A DNA stretch of 62,427 nucleotides, the filler included, from Sluysia triapertura (Eukaryota), in NCBI GenBank assembly GCA_046118255.1. It is 5 parts of 5 records of this genome, joined end to end, with 100 filler letters (N's around TTAATTAATTAA, not from the genome) between each part and the next. Parts side by side here need not be neighbours in the genome. Positions count along the whole stretch, not along the records: positions 11,842 to 25,223 come from JBJNIA010043572.1; positions 25,324 to 39,780 come from JBJNIA010258515.1; 3 more parts are not named here. One strand, written 5' to 3'. The first letter of the stretch is position 1, and each line of letters starts with the position of its first letter. Below, one piece after another: positions 13,000 through 26,775 of the stretch. The position numbers were made by a program, and so were the translations under genes. The notes under the pieces were generated by a model that ran no database searches, was not told the DNA's origin, and saw only the letters and a list, made by a program, of their open reading frames with translations.

Positions 13000-14751
13000 T
13001 TGTCAAGACCTTAGATACAGTTATTAAAATTATTCAGTAAATCTAAAGATTATAATAAAATATTTTTATATTTAATATTATTATATTGTTCAGTCAGAAA
13101 CAACAATCTTATGCATCCTCTACTATAATACCTTATAAATCTAGTATTAATGATGAAGATTTAACCCCATACAAATTTTGTAGTAATGATAGTCAAACAT
13201 CAAACATTAATTCACATGGTGCTTTAGAAAAATAAAATTTGTAAAAAATTGTTTAACTTTCTTTATTTAAATCATATTTTCTATAGAACTGATTTTTCGA
13301 TTGGTGATTTATTTGCTAAATTCTGACACTTTATTTACTTTATTTTACAAACAAGATTGGTTTGGACAATCAAGTCTTATTTGGTAATACAATAACAGCG
13401 AAAGATACTATTCTTAGATATTTTTTAACACGTTCTTCCAGAATATGCATTTTAGTAAAAAAATCGGTCGTTTTAAGTTTTGTTAAATCATGCAACATGA
13501 ACAATGAATTAAAAGACATTATCGAACACAAACAATATATTGCAAGGAAACAATTACAAAAAATTGTTCCAGCTTTATTGTTAGATTTATTTTTCGCATT
13601 TCTGTTATAAAATTAATGATTGTGTTGTTATATATTTATTTATTACCCAGATAAAATCAACTAACCTTGTTTTATCAGGCCTTAAGCTGGCTTTAAATTT
13701 AATTAAAATTTTGTAAAAAATAAAAATAGGTAATAATAGTAGAATATTATAATTTAATGAAAAAATAGAGTATCAAACAATAGAAGTAATTTATATAACA
13801 GGTAGAACCATAATTTGAGTACACTACAAGAACTTCTATTAAATCACTCAAATCTTATATTTATTATGTTATTGTGATAATATTATCCTAGAGGCGTTCA
13901 TTGAAGAATTATCCAATTTTAATAGATGCAATATTATATTTAACTAAAGATTTTGAAATGGAATGTCACTTATAACATACATTTGCTCATTACATACCAG
14001 TTAATGTGACATTATTTTACGAAAACAGATCAACATTAATGATGGCTGTTAATTTAACTATATATAAAAATAAAGTAATCAGAAAACCTTTGGTTAATGA
14101 AATAAAAGATATTCAGTTAAAACATTTTGAAGATATGAATGTCTTAAGGTACCGCGACTTTGAAATTCAACGTATCAAAACTTTACAACAGTTTGATCTT
14201 AAAAAATTAAAAAATAGTTAATTTGGATTATTGAAACATTTTATGCTTGCATCGACGTATTTTATTAGTATTTATTATATTGCTGCCATAATTATCTTAT
14301 CATCTTTATTTGAATTAAAAAGTCATGAACTCCATTGGGGTTTAGTTAAATATCTTCTAACGCTTAGAGCAATTATTTTAACAATATTTTCTGCAAATAC
14401 TGCTATAAATTTCGGTGTTATATGAATCTTATTGTCATCTATTATGATTCAACAGAAACTATAACATATTTATGCATAATGTGGTATATATATGGTGCAT
14501 TGCTTTGGTAAGGTCAAAATTATTATATTACTACAATCATTATTTTACATTACAATATTTTTTCCTAAAATTATCAGTTATACGTTATTATTAGACATTG
14601 CTTTAGGGAAAAACTCATTAATACTATGTCATAACAATTAAACTAGAACATAACTCCTTACTGAAGAATTATTTCTAGAGGTATGATGCTGTGTTATTTC
14701 TGTTATTTTATTATTTAACATAAAATTTTGTTACGTTAAAGGCCTTAAGCC
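13000..14751 (+). pseudogene. Decayed multi-pass membrane/secreted-like coding tract of unknown family, with GGCCTTAAG sites at 13676-13691 and 14741-14751
   Basis: ORFs 14006-14221 and 14231-14425 are in one frame, separated by a single stop; several hydrophobic stretches. No recognisable family. Confidence 0.35.
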
Positions 14752-14799
14752 GAAATTAAATCTTTTTAATGTAAAAAAGATAATTAAAATTTACCATGT

Positions 14800-17700
14800 A
14801 TTTAAAGTAATTTTTAATTTAAATTTTAAACCGACAGATTACGTAAAACCCACGACAATGTTAAAACCAATTATTGATTTTTTATTAAATAATTTTTTAT
14901 TAGAATATTAATGTACTGTTGAGAAATAAAATATGTTTAATTTAAGTTTAGCTTCAATTTTTAATGTTTGATATTATAAATAATTATTTGTAAAATAAAA
15001 TGTTTTAATTATTTGTTCAATTTAATAAAACTGTAATTGTTTTGATAAAAAGATTTTATGAAATTTGTGAAATAAGGTAAGCTACGCCGTTGGAAAAAAT
15101 ATAAATAATGGAGTGTAGTTTTAAAAAACAAAAAAGTTTACGAATTATTTTTTATAAAGATTATATTTTGCGATTAAATTTGTATTAATTGCGAGACCAC
15201 CCCATTTATTAGAAGGAATTATCAATTTTGGTATATCACCGCAGTTAAAGTGTACAAAAAGTCATTAATTGTATCCATTAATCTTGGTTATATATTGCCT
15301 ATTGCAACTGTAGCTAGGATTGATCGAATAATAATAAAACTAAAAATTCGTAAGATTTCCCTTAATATAACCTAAACTTTATATATTTTCAGCTAGCTTA
15401 AGCCAGTTATAAAATCAGAACTAAATTCATATAACGTTACATTAGACTAAGTCTAATGTAATAATTTTATATTTGTTATCAGAATTTTTTGCGATTTTAA
15501 ATTGTATCTATTTATATTCGCTGTATTTTGTATTTTTTGTTTATGCTTCGATGATTGTCAGATAAAAACAAAGATTTATAAATAATTATATTGAGAGCCC
15601 TTTTAAAATTGTTGAACTGAAATTATAATACGCATCTACTTGCACTATCAGTTATAAAGTTATGATTGTTAAACTTGATACATTTCAGATATATCAATAC
15701 TTAAAACTCGTTGATAAATATTTAAATCACGCACGTACGTCCCTCATAAGAATTTTATACGTAAACTGTAGGCGAACCCATACAAAGAAACTAATTTTTC
15801 TAAGCAGACACATTAAAAATCTAAAAGATAATCAAGAGTATCCTTAATTTGTTGAACAACCATTCGAGATATATTAACATTTTAAATATCATATAAGACT
15901 TCGTATGTATGATTTCCAGTTTTCATCGATATTAAAGTATCATTTATTGGAAAAATGGGAAACAATGACTTGCATGACACGACTAAAAACAATAATGTGA
16001 TTCTCATTACTATATTCATAATGAACTGAATTGACTGAACTTGGAAATGTATTTCTTTGACCAAAAACGACTGAGAAAATCTAATGACTTCTAAATATTT
16101 TGACTGAGTAGCTGAATTAGAGCTTTCACCTTTTATTGAATCGGATGCGTTATTTGAATAAAAAATTAACTAAATTAAATTTAGTTTATGACCTTCATTG
16201 CTTAATTGCATCGGCATGTATCATTTCGGCGGTGATACTGGGCTCAGAATATTCAGTACATGCATTAGTTTACCTTGATCAGCTTCTTAACATTGATACA
16301 TAACCTACTTTTTACAAAGTGAAGATAAAAGATTATTTGAATTGTATAAAGATGGATCATTCTGATCATACAATTTTGCAATTTGATCGTCATGTAGAAA
16401 ATAATGCGATACTTAAATCAGTACAATAAAATGAGATAGATAAAAACGTTTTTGTCGCTGTGGAACTTGAGTTAATAACAGAATATATTACTAATTCACC
16501 ATCAATTACTGAAACTTTTTTAATATTACTCAAATTATTTTGATTATTATCACTTTTTTATCATTCTAACAGAAGTTTGTTTAATTGATTCTTCATGCAT
16601 ATCCATTTTATTTTAGGATCGATTAAATTATAACTCTTTAAGAAGTAGAAATAATTATAATAGTTCTAATGAATCAAAAGATATCAATTAAAATTATCAT
16701 TAAACAAATCTTTTTCAGCTACGTTGATGTGTATGCAATTTGCTTGGTAGCCAATACCGATTTTTTATTAATGATATCTAGAGGCCATTTTGATTTAAAT
16801 TATATAATTATTATTGTATTATAAATTTAATAACCCATTTGCACAAATTGCATAAATATTCACAAGTCCAAGCAAACAAATATGTAAAAATTTGTTAGGT
16901 TTAATAATTTCGACAATTCTCGGTAACATTCTTGAGGAATAATTTAATTTGCTTAACATTTTGATTATTTCTTCACTAAATTCTCTATCCTTCGGCAAGT
17001 ATACTTTTATCTTGAAATATTCTAAATGCTTTGTTAGTATAATAGCAAACTGTGTATCTGCTAAAGGTAAACGCTTTTTGATAAATTCAGTTGCAGGTAT
17101 ATATACTTCTAAATTCAAATTGAATATTTGGGCAATTTCACATGATTAATATTTGTTTGGTTTGTGTGAAGAAATATTTGTTAATATTTCTTAATATAAG
17201 TTCTTTTAATATTGTATTCAAGATCTTATATGAAGTTTTACATATACTTGAATTGATCGTGCAGAATGTCAACTGAATGCATTACTTTGAATCATTGCTA
17301 CTGACCTTTCTAAAGTTTAGTTATTTTAACCTAAATAACATGTTCAAATTGAAGCAAAATCTGAAAGTTATTTCAGTAAGATGTATAAGTTGTTTGAGGA
17401 TCAACTGATAGTTTAAAAGGTGGAATTGTGAAGTATGTTTGATGATTTGTGCTGTGTAAGATTTATTTATTGGTAAGAATATTTGTGCGATAAATGGGTT
17501 CTTTTGGTGCTAGGTTTGATTTTGGTTTATTTGAAATTTGTGAAATGTATAATTTAATTGTTTATACATTTTGTTTAATAACTTTTTGGCAAATATCGTT
17601 GTAAAAGATAAATTACTAGAATTTTGATATAATAATTTGAGTTATGTTGGTTATAACTCAATTGGTCATAAATTTCTTTTAATTTTTTATCGGACTTTCG

Positions 17701-17900
17701 TTGCACTTTGGATCAACAATGACGATTACGTTATTAGAGGATATCCCACTTCTTGCATTATTGGATTGGAATATTATTGTACAATATTGTACAATGGAAT
17801 ATTATACTTATTATTTAATTATATATTGTTTTAATTATTTATTATATAAAAGATTAATGCGATCGAATTTCATGTTGTATGTTTAATCAAATCTGTTATT
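14800..17900 (-). mobile_element. Decayed unclassified coding repeat with serial signal peptides; homologous to 1300-4600
   Basis: ORF 16819-17118 ends in signal-like FLHICLLGLVNIYAICANG. ORF 15882-16064 has MRITLLFLVVSCKS followed by N-glycosylation sequons (NDT, NHT). DNA similarity to 1300-4600. Confidence 0.5.
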
Positions 17901-19319
17901 TGAAGAGTTAAATTTATAAAATTTTAAATCAATTAAATTATAAAAATTAATAAAATTTAACACAAATCATTATAAAAACTTCAGAAAATTAATTAAACAA
18001 AAAATAAATTTAAATTTTAACTTTACAGATGTAACAGCTGAAAATATTTAATAAAGTTATATTGAAAAGTTATTAAGCCAGATATAACAGCTGTTTCTGT
18101 CAAGATATAAAAACACAAGAGATAATTGATATTAGAATTATAAAAATTTAAATAGAAGAGATTTTTCGATATTTAACAATTATACTCAATTATTCAGATC
18201 CACAACGGGAAAATTCGATTGAAGATTAACAAAACATCGAACATAACTAATTTTGTTACAGTGATTTGTATTTAATTTTGTAAATTTATTTGTTGTAAGT
18301 TAGGTTCCTTAAGGAGTGATACTATTAGACTCAAATTATATTCATTTAAGTTAGTTTAAACTAACTATAAAATCATTTTAAAATCAACTTTGATAAAAAA
18401 TCAATAAGAAAACATTTTATTGATTATTATTATTAATAATATTCTAGTAATAAGCTAACATACCTTGTAATATATTCTGTGATTAGTAATACCTATATTA
18501 TAATTATTGTTATAATCGTATATCTATTATTTTGATCAATAAAACTTACCATATATAGTTCACTGATTTTTATTAAACGATTTAACCGTAATGTTTGTAG
18601 TATAATTCAAAAAATTAGAACAGTATCCTCAGAGAAGATTTAAATAAATAGAATTCACAAGATTTCTAATTTTAATAGAACTAATAAACGATTAAGATTA
18701 CATAAAGATTGTGGAAAAGGTTATCATATACATCTATAGATACACCTCTTAATTAATAATAGAAACCGTAGACTAGTAAAAAGTTCATTATTAAAATAAT
18801 TGTTTAAGGTAAGAAAGTGATTCTCCCATAAAGTTGACTAATATAACCTTCCAAATGGAGTAATCATTTAAAGGCAAATTTATAAATCCTACAGGAACGT
18901 CTCCAGTAAGGGTATAAATCGCTTACTATTGGCGGAAACGAAATCAAAGTATATTGCAAGTAGAATTTTAATAGAAAACAATTTGTAACTGCACAAAACA
19001 ATATCAAACGTTTATGAGATAATTCCATGCTTTAACAAGTTAACTGACTTTATTATAAAAAATTACCAATACTGAACGTTCCAAGAACTATTTAATTATC
19101 ACTATAGAGAGCTTGCGGGAACATTGTAATTTTAAATCTCTATTGTGTCTATTTATCGTTTTACCTAGTTTTTGTTCCTAAATTGTGAATTTGACTTACT
19201 TTTTTGTTCCTAATTTTAAATATTTTCTTATTATTAAATTTCTTATCTCACTTACATGTAGAGCCGGCTTAAGGCCAGACAGAAAAGCTAACAATACTTT
19301 AATTTATAGGTTGATTTAA

Positions 19320-19765
19320 ATAAATAAAAACAATGCACCAACAAGAATGAATTATAAAACAAATAAAAATTGAAAGAAAAAACGTAGAATCGTGCTTTCA
19401 ATAATGTTAGCATAAACTCAAGAGCAATAAAATCAGTCTTATAATGTCAATTGATTCCATTGATAAAGAGCATTCTTTATTTTAACGCTAACTGATTTGA
19501 TCAAAAAAGCATGAGCATTAGCGAATATTAATTCGGATAAATTCGGATAACTTGGATCATACTTGCAAGTTAAACTACTAATCAAATCTTCATATATAAT
19601 CGGTTTAGTCATTTTCAGTAAAATATTTTCTGGATTGTTGACTAATTCTAAATTTTTTATGGTAATTAATCTGGTAACAGCGCGTGGTCTATATTTAGGA
19701 TAAAATTCTCTAAGCTTTGAATTGACACAAATATCAACTACGACTGTTGATTTGTTTTTTACTTA
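19320..19765 (-). pseudogene. Start-less ~105-codon open frame continuing through stops into a C-terminal hydrophobic segment
   Basis: KNKSTVVVDICVNSKLREFYPKYRPRAV...ALYQWNQLTL*...RFFFQFLFVL*FILVGALFLFI*; followed ~45 bp downstream by GGCCTTAAGCC on the same strand. Confidence 0.4.
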
Positions 19766-21559
19766 TTTATAAAATTAAACTCATATTATAATGTACTTTT
19801 ATTACAAAATAGCAAGGTCATAAATGCATTATTAATAATATTATTTACAGAAAAAGGTTCTTTTGTGGATATCGGCGAATAAAAGTTCTATAACGTTTTT
19901 TGCATCATAAAGTGCGTCCTCTCGATTCAGCAAATAATCTATGAATATTCTCATCATTTATATTATCTGTTGCCATTCTCTGATTAATAACTAATACCAG
20001 ATATGTTTCGGTTAATTTATTAGATTTTTATTAGATATAGTGAATAATACATGTAGATTCTTTGTTGGATTCTGCATCATCACACATTATAAAATTTAAA
20101 TTTTTCAAAATAACCAAAAGACAAGTCTTCATGAAATTCTATATTTCAATTTTTGCTTATTGTTTATTATTTGGTAGATCGAACTCTTCTTCGTTTACTA
20201 ACTTTAGTGGTTTTATTTTCAGTTAAATAATTCAAAGCATTTTGGTTGCTTTAATGTGTTGTTTCATTATCTATTTAAACAATATTTTGAGTATACGTTA
20301 CCATCGGGTAAGATTTCATAAAAAACAACACATAGATTTGGCAACAGTACCACAAGATTTAGGAAATATAAAATTAGCGATTTTAAAGAACGATATAACG
20401 ACAGTAATGCCAAAGATAATCCTTATAACATATTTTAATTAGAATCTGCGAGATTTCAAGGTGTATGATATTAAAAATATTGTATTTGTGTTTTATGTGT
20501 ATTGCTTGATAATTTGATATTTTGTGTAAGATTGTTTTGAAGTTCTTTAAGATTTTATCTGTAAGAATTGTGTTTCCGATTAGAATGTTTTAGTCTTGAG
20601 TTCATTGCAATCACGGTTCAATTTTTTGTTTAACGAGTTAAGTGACTGTACTATAAATCATGAATATAACGAATGTCTAAAAAATTGATCTAAACATATA
20701 CCAATTTTGTGAATTCTCTTACGACAAATTACAATTAATAAAATTTAAATTTTGTTTTAAATATATATATATTTTTATGTCCTTTGATTATGAGTGGCTT
20801 ACATGTGCAATTATCTACATTAGTAAAATTTTGAGAGTGGACGGAAAATTTAGATAAAAACTAAATTTTATCAACACACTTCCATCGCTTACACCGTAGA
20901 TAAGTAGAACTCTGATTTCCATATACAATTAAGAAGTTGATAGTTTCACGTAACAAGTTTAATAATCTAAGGCGATTTTATTAAACGAACTTCGAATATT
21001 AATGATAGCTTAACAATTTTAGTAAACATTTCATAATTTTATATCCGCAATACAAAATAGATAAAAATAACTATTACAATATAAAGTGAATGTAGATTAT
21101 AATATTTAAAACAGAATAAACTTCACGAGTTTTTATTACCATTTTTAAAAATCAAGTAATAGTTCTTATTGCACATACGTTATTTTTACACAATCTAAAA
21201 TAATCAGTTAATTACAAGTATTTATAATGAGCACAAAAAAAGAATAAAATATCGCAGGAGTACAAAAAGATGATGTTAAAGAAAGCAGATGTAAATATAG
21301 CCAGAGCTATAGTATAGAATGAAAAAAATTATATAAAAGAAATTAACCATATAACTGCAGGGAAATGCATATATTCGATTATAGAATGAAATTCACCATA
21401 CAATGAAAATAATTATAAGAAATTTAATATAGAAAAATTATTAAAGAATGAAATTGATAAAATTTATGATCATCACATAATATAAATTTTAATACAAGAC
21501 ACAAAAGAAAAGAAAGAGAAAAATAAAAAATTATTCTACTTATAAGATACAACATTGCC

Positions 21560-21960
21560 TATAATCTACTGTTCTTAAATGTAACACCTTATCTTAAGGA
21601 ATTACATTGGTTGCCAATAAAAGCAAGAGTATAATTCAAAACAATGACTGTAATTTTACAAATGCTTACATTACGAAAATCTTGAATATCTGTTAGAAAT
21701 AGTAAAAAATTTGGAAACCAAGATGAATATTTCATTAAGACAAATATTCTATACAGAATAAGCCAGGTGAGAGGTTATATGCCGTGTATGTTTCAAAAAT
21801 ACACAAACAGCTACCAGAAAATGTCAAATTACTGGAAGATTCTTTCTGCTTCAGAAATATTATAGTGAATGATTTATATTAAGCGCTTTTGAGTACTTAT
21901 GTTGCAATTGATATGAGCGTAGTATAAATTAATATATTATTATTATTAATTAATTAATTA
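21560..21960 (+). mobile_element. L2-clade LINE ORF2 C-terminus and 3' tail
   Basis: VTPYLKELHWLPIKARV*FK matches the L2/Crack motif HITP.L..LHWLP...RI.FK; (ATT)n tail. Confidence 0.85.
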
Positions 21961-22573
21961 AAAGAAAATCCAAAAATTTGGATTGACCAATAGAGATGAA
22001 ATTGTTAAGTTATTGATTGGAACAAGAAAATTCACTTACTAAGTCGCAGGTTAGTCTGGGTTAATCATTAGAAAATCATAATTGAATAAGATGTTGATTG
22101 AAATCTAGCGTACATGATTCAAGCTGGATATCAAATAAATTGATTTATTTTAAAATTTCATTCGAATATCTACCATTAACATTAGGAATGAACTAGAATC
22201 ACGATTTCACGGATAAAGATAATTTGGATTAAGGTTTCAAAGTTATTGCGATAGTAGTTAAATCTTACCAATTACAATGTTAAATTATAAAAATTGTAAA
22301 AGCAACTCATATAATCTTTACGAGTAAATTATAGAGCAAATAAGAGTTATTGATAATAAACAAGAAAAGATTAAGTTTGATAACCCTTATTTAAGTTAAA
22401 AGTAATAAACGATATAAAGGTGAACGAGGTTAGAAAACAAGCATTGATAAAGTAATAGATTAAAACAAGAATTTTACTATTACAGACAAATTTACAATTT
22501 TTTAATTGGCATTTTTAATTCGATACATCAAGTGATAATTATATATTAAAAATGATATGAAACAATTATTTAC

Positions 22574-22948
22574 TTTTGAACCAGCTGAATACGACAATTT
22601 GCACTCATTTCTTCGTGGAACTTGTGATTAATCAGGCATTCATATACACGACCTTGGCCGGCTTTTACATCAGCACAAAATCTTTCCCGATCTTCACGAC
22701 ATGCTAAATATAACGGTCGATTCAAATGATAATCATCAGCTTGCAATTCAGCCAATCGGATCAATTCCAGTCGACAATCATTACTCATATCTTTATCATG
22801 TGAATGAGTATTAAGACAAGTGAACGTGTTTGCTTGACTAGTTACATATTCTGACATATCTACCGGCATATTAGAATCCATATCATCGGTTACTTCCGGA
22901 GACTTGCTTTTTGAAAGACGACCACATTTAAATCGATTAATATCAGGT
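22574..22948 (-). CDS. GLG1: Golgi apparatus protein 1 (Cys-rich FGF receptor/ESL-1) exon
   Basis: LAELQADDYHLNRPLYLACREDRERFCADVKAGQGRVYECLINHKFHEEMSANCR is a typical GLG1 Cys-rich repeat. The TTTCAG acceptor is phase-compatible (CG|A) with the upstream exon; GTAAAT donor. Confidence 0.93.
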
Positions 22949-23592
22949 CTGAAATTATAACAAGGAATATTATGGGATATAAAATTTTGAAGAGATAAAG
23001 GAAAATTTCCATATAACAAACGAAAAGTAAAAGGATTCATTTTTCGCCATTTTAACATTACAAGGAAATAGTAACTTATAAAAATAAATACGCACAGTCC
23101 TAAGCTTAATTTTAATTTAAAATTTATAAGTTACAACACTTTCTAATTGTACTAAACGTGTGCATTAATTCATGGTTTGGGTTAATACACATAAACTTAT
23201 TAGGCCTATATCATTACTAAGCGAATGCGTTATAAATTTAGACTGACGTTTTCTTTAAAATTCGTAAAATATTGCCAGCAGCAAATTAAATATGCAAATT
23301 AAATTAATAATTGCATTATTTTTCGCAGCAAAGAAGTTTAAGTTGTAGAATAAATTTATTTTGACTGTCATACTATTAAAGATGTTATCATTTCAGTCAT
23401 GGTTTCATATTTCACATAAACAAGCAGAATTAAATTATTAGCGAAATTTTTCTCAACTATCACAGTATACGAGATTGAAAATGTGTGACGTAATGCACAA
23501 AAGGCACACATAAGATGGTACAATATATCTTGGTTAATTTAAAATTATATTTTTAATTGAAATAGTGTAAATTGATTAAACCAATCACTAAC

Positions 23593-23885
23593 CGACATCG
23601 TTCAACAAATTTATATATTAAATGATAATCTGAGAAGATAGCTACACCGATTTCATTCAGAAAAGAAATACAATGATGTTCCTTAACTCGTAATTTATTA
23701 TCGAGTAAACATGGCACACGATGACCAACATCAGCCTGAGAACATTCGGTTATTTTTTCCAAATCTTTTGAACAAGAATCAAACGTCATTTTTTCTAACA
23801 TATTGCTTTTAGTTAGTGACCTTTTGTATTCCCATAAGAAATGTTGACATTTTACTGATACTGATTTTATTACAACTTCGTTATC
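23593..23885 (-). CDS. GLG1: Golgi apparatus protein 1 exon (upstream)
   Basis: CQHFLWEYKRSLT...VPCLLDNK...AIFSDYHLIYKFVERC; ATTCAG acceptor and GTTAGT donor; splices in frame to 22948. Confidence 0.9.
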
Positions 23886-24141
23886 CTGAATATCAGACAA
23901 AATAGAAATTAATATTAAAACTATCTTGTTTGTATTATTTTACAAATAAATTATAAAAATGTGCGTTGATTTTATTTTGGTGAGTAACTGTAATTGAAAT
24001 ACATCATTTTAAAACATAAATAGATATAAAGAAATTATCATAAAAGTCAAATTCCCACTCTCTGTTTTATTAGACTCTCAGAAAATCTTTTAAGCGGTAC
24101 TCAATCCAAGGAGAGAAAGTTTGTGTGCAAACAAATTAATA

Positions 24142-24878
24142 TTAGGTTGTCCAATACAAAATAACTGTTTTCTGCAATTTATTTAAAAAATTGTACTTTA
24201 TATCAAATAAAAGTGCCGAATTTTTATAGAAAAAATATTAAAATAGTATTCAATAATGTTTACGCTAGACAATGTCAAGAAATATCTTACATTACTGCAA
24301 GAAATTTATGTTTTTGAATGTTCTTTAAGTACTACAATCCATGATAGGATCATTCAGTTCAAGAAGGATGGTGGTAAGTTGCAAAAATTTTCTTCAAATA
24401 TGTATTCATTGATTTAGTTGGATGCTATAAAGAGGGATTGTTATTTTCACATCTAGACTGAGTATTACTTGAAAATATCATGTGATATTTATATAATAAA
24501 TAATTCAATGAGACATTATAAAACGTTAAAGTACGATAAATAAATAACAAATAATTTGAACCATTTTTCAAACCAATTATATGATTTAAAACATTGGACT
24601 ACTGCCAAAAACGTTTTATGCAATGGTTTGTGAAATTTATTGTGTACGAACAATGCTAACCAATAATAATTGGTTCTATTATTAATTCAGACAAGTTTCA
24701 AGATGCACATAACTCATTTTCAAAATGTACTCATAGGTAATTAATAAAAAGGTACCACCGCAACAAATTATATGAAGTATCCAAATAAAATAATTAAGCT
24801 AGTCACGCTAAGAGATTAATGCAAAGCTTGTTATATTAATTATTTTAGAACCTCTATATTTGGTATTGGACAATCTAA
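24142..24878. mobile_element. Non-autonomous Tc1/mariner element
   Basis: TIRs ttaggttgtccaatac / gtattggacaatctaa (1 mismatch in 16 bp), flanked by TA on both sides. Confidence 0.85.
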
Positions 24879-25223
24879 TAATCAGGGAATTTACAAATAA
24901 ACATAGACCATCCACCGCCAACACAATTTATAATCTCAGTGCGTGTTATTCAAATGTGTATAAATCTTGTAAAAGTATAAAATTCAGAAGCCCTTGTTCA
25001 ACGATAAATATTTGGTTTTCTAATAATGAAAATAATGATGAAATACAAAAATATTATGTGATGTCGTTGAAAAATATAATTATTTTATTAATTGTATTAA
25101 TTTTATAATATAATCTAAAATTATAATAGCAACAATTAAACGAAAAAATTCACTTTATTTAAACTAGCAAATCGAATGGGTCACGAATCAAACAGTTATA
25201 CAGGAAGGACAAAAATATCTGCG

Positions 25224-25323
25224 NNNNNNNNNNNNNNNNNNNNNNNNNNNNNNNNNNNNNNNNNNNNTTAATTAATTAANNNNNNNNNNNNNNNNNNNNN
25301 NNNNNNNNNNNNNNNNNNNNNNN
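25224..25323. other. Artificial 100-bp contig spacer
   Basis: 44 N + TTAATTAATTAA + 44 N. Confidence 0.97.
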
Positions 25324-25399
25324 TTTTTGGTATAAAGCGTATATATTAGGCGAACCGACTCTTCAGGTAATTTGTTTAAGTGTAAGAAAAACACTAGCA

Positions 25400-26775
25400 G
25401 GTGTTACTAATGATTTAGGGACAACTGTTTTCCATTCATCTTTTGAATTTCTAAATCTAAGTATTCAATTAGTGATTGCTAATCTTTTTGATTTACTTTC
25501 AATTAAGGTTCCCTTTGCTAACGAGTCTATAATATAAGCAATATCCTTATCCTCTCTTTGATTTTTAATGATTTCTTTGGTATCCTGTACTTTACCTGAT
25601 ATTGACATTATTTGTATAAAATTAATATTTCCTTTGTAATTTAAGCGTGACATACAATCTGCACCATTATTTTGAGAACCTGGTTTATAGATAACTTCCA
25701 AATGAAACTCTGCTAACTTATCAAACCGTCTACTTTATCTGCTGACCTCATCCCTATGATTATGCAAATATGTCAGCGGTTTGTGATCGGTATATAAATA
25801 AACTTTCTGTCATAATAAATAATGTCTAAGTAATTTGCACGCGTACAATATGGCTAAACATTCTCTTTCAATTGTTGAGTAATTCATTTCAGCTTTATTC
25901 AAGCCTCGACTAGCATATGCAATTACTGCTTCTAAATTACTTTTGTCCTAAAATTGCACCTATAGCATAATTACTAGCATCGGTAGTTAATATAAATGGT
26001 TTATTAATATCTGGAAAAATTAATGTTGGTGCCGTAGTTAATCGTTCTTTTAGTTTTAGTTTGTTCGTCTGTCCACTTAAATTCGACGTTTTTCCTTGTT
26101 AACTTCCTGAGAGGTTGTTCTATCTTAGCAGAATTTTTAACGAATCTTCTATAATAATTAGCTAATCCTGAAAAACTTTGAATCTTTTCACATTGCCTGG
26201 TTGTGGAAATTTTACTATTTTTTAATGTTTCTGGGATAGGGCTTTATTCCATCTTTTGATACTATGTGTCCTAAAAATGCAACTTTTTCCTCGGCCGAAA
26301 CGCATTTGGTTGGTTTAATTTTTAACCTAGCTATTTCTATTCTATTTAAAATATTGTCAATATCTTTTATGTGTGTATCGAAATCTTTAGAAAATAATAT
26401 TATGTTATCAATGTATACCATAACATTATTGCATCCTGAGAGTACAAAATTCATGCAGCTCTGGAAAGTTGCAGGAGCACCAGTTAGTCCGAATGGCATA
26501 TTTTCACATTCATATAGTTCATAGCCACAAATGAATGAGGTTTTATGTTTATCTTTTTCAGCAATTTCGATATGCCAATAAGCGCTTTGTAAATCAAGAG
26601 TTGTAAAGTATGCGGCGTTTCCTAATTTGTCCATCATTTCATCTATCCGTGGTAGAGGGAAATACGTCCTTCCTTGTTATATTGTTTAGTTCCCTAAAGT
26701 CTATAAAGAAGCTCATTGTTGCATCTTTTTTCTTGACTAACAGAACTGGAGATGAGAATGGTGAGAATGGTCGGT
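25400..26775 (-). mobile_element. Ty3/Gypsy pol (RT + RNase H + start of the integrase region), decayed
   Basis: [22 protein letters not shown]; FTTLDLQSAYW; MPFGLTGAPATFQ; VYIDNI (YxDD broken); FLGH. RNase H: TDAS, IAYASR, YSTIEKECLA, TDHKPL, YKPGSQNNGADCMSR. Several frameshifts. Confidence 0.95.
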
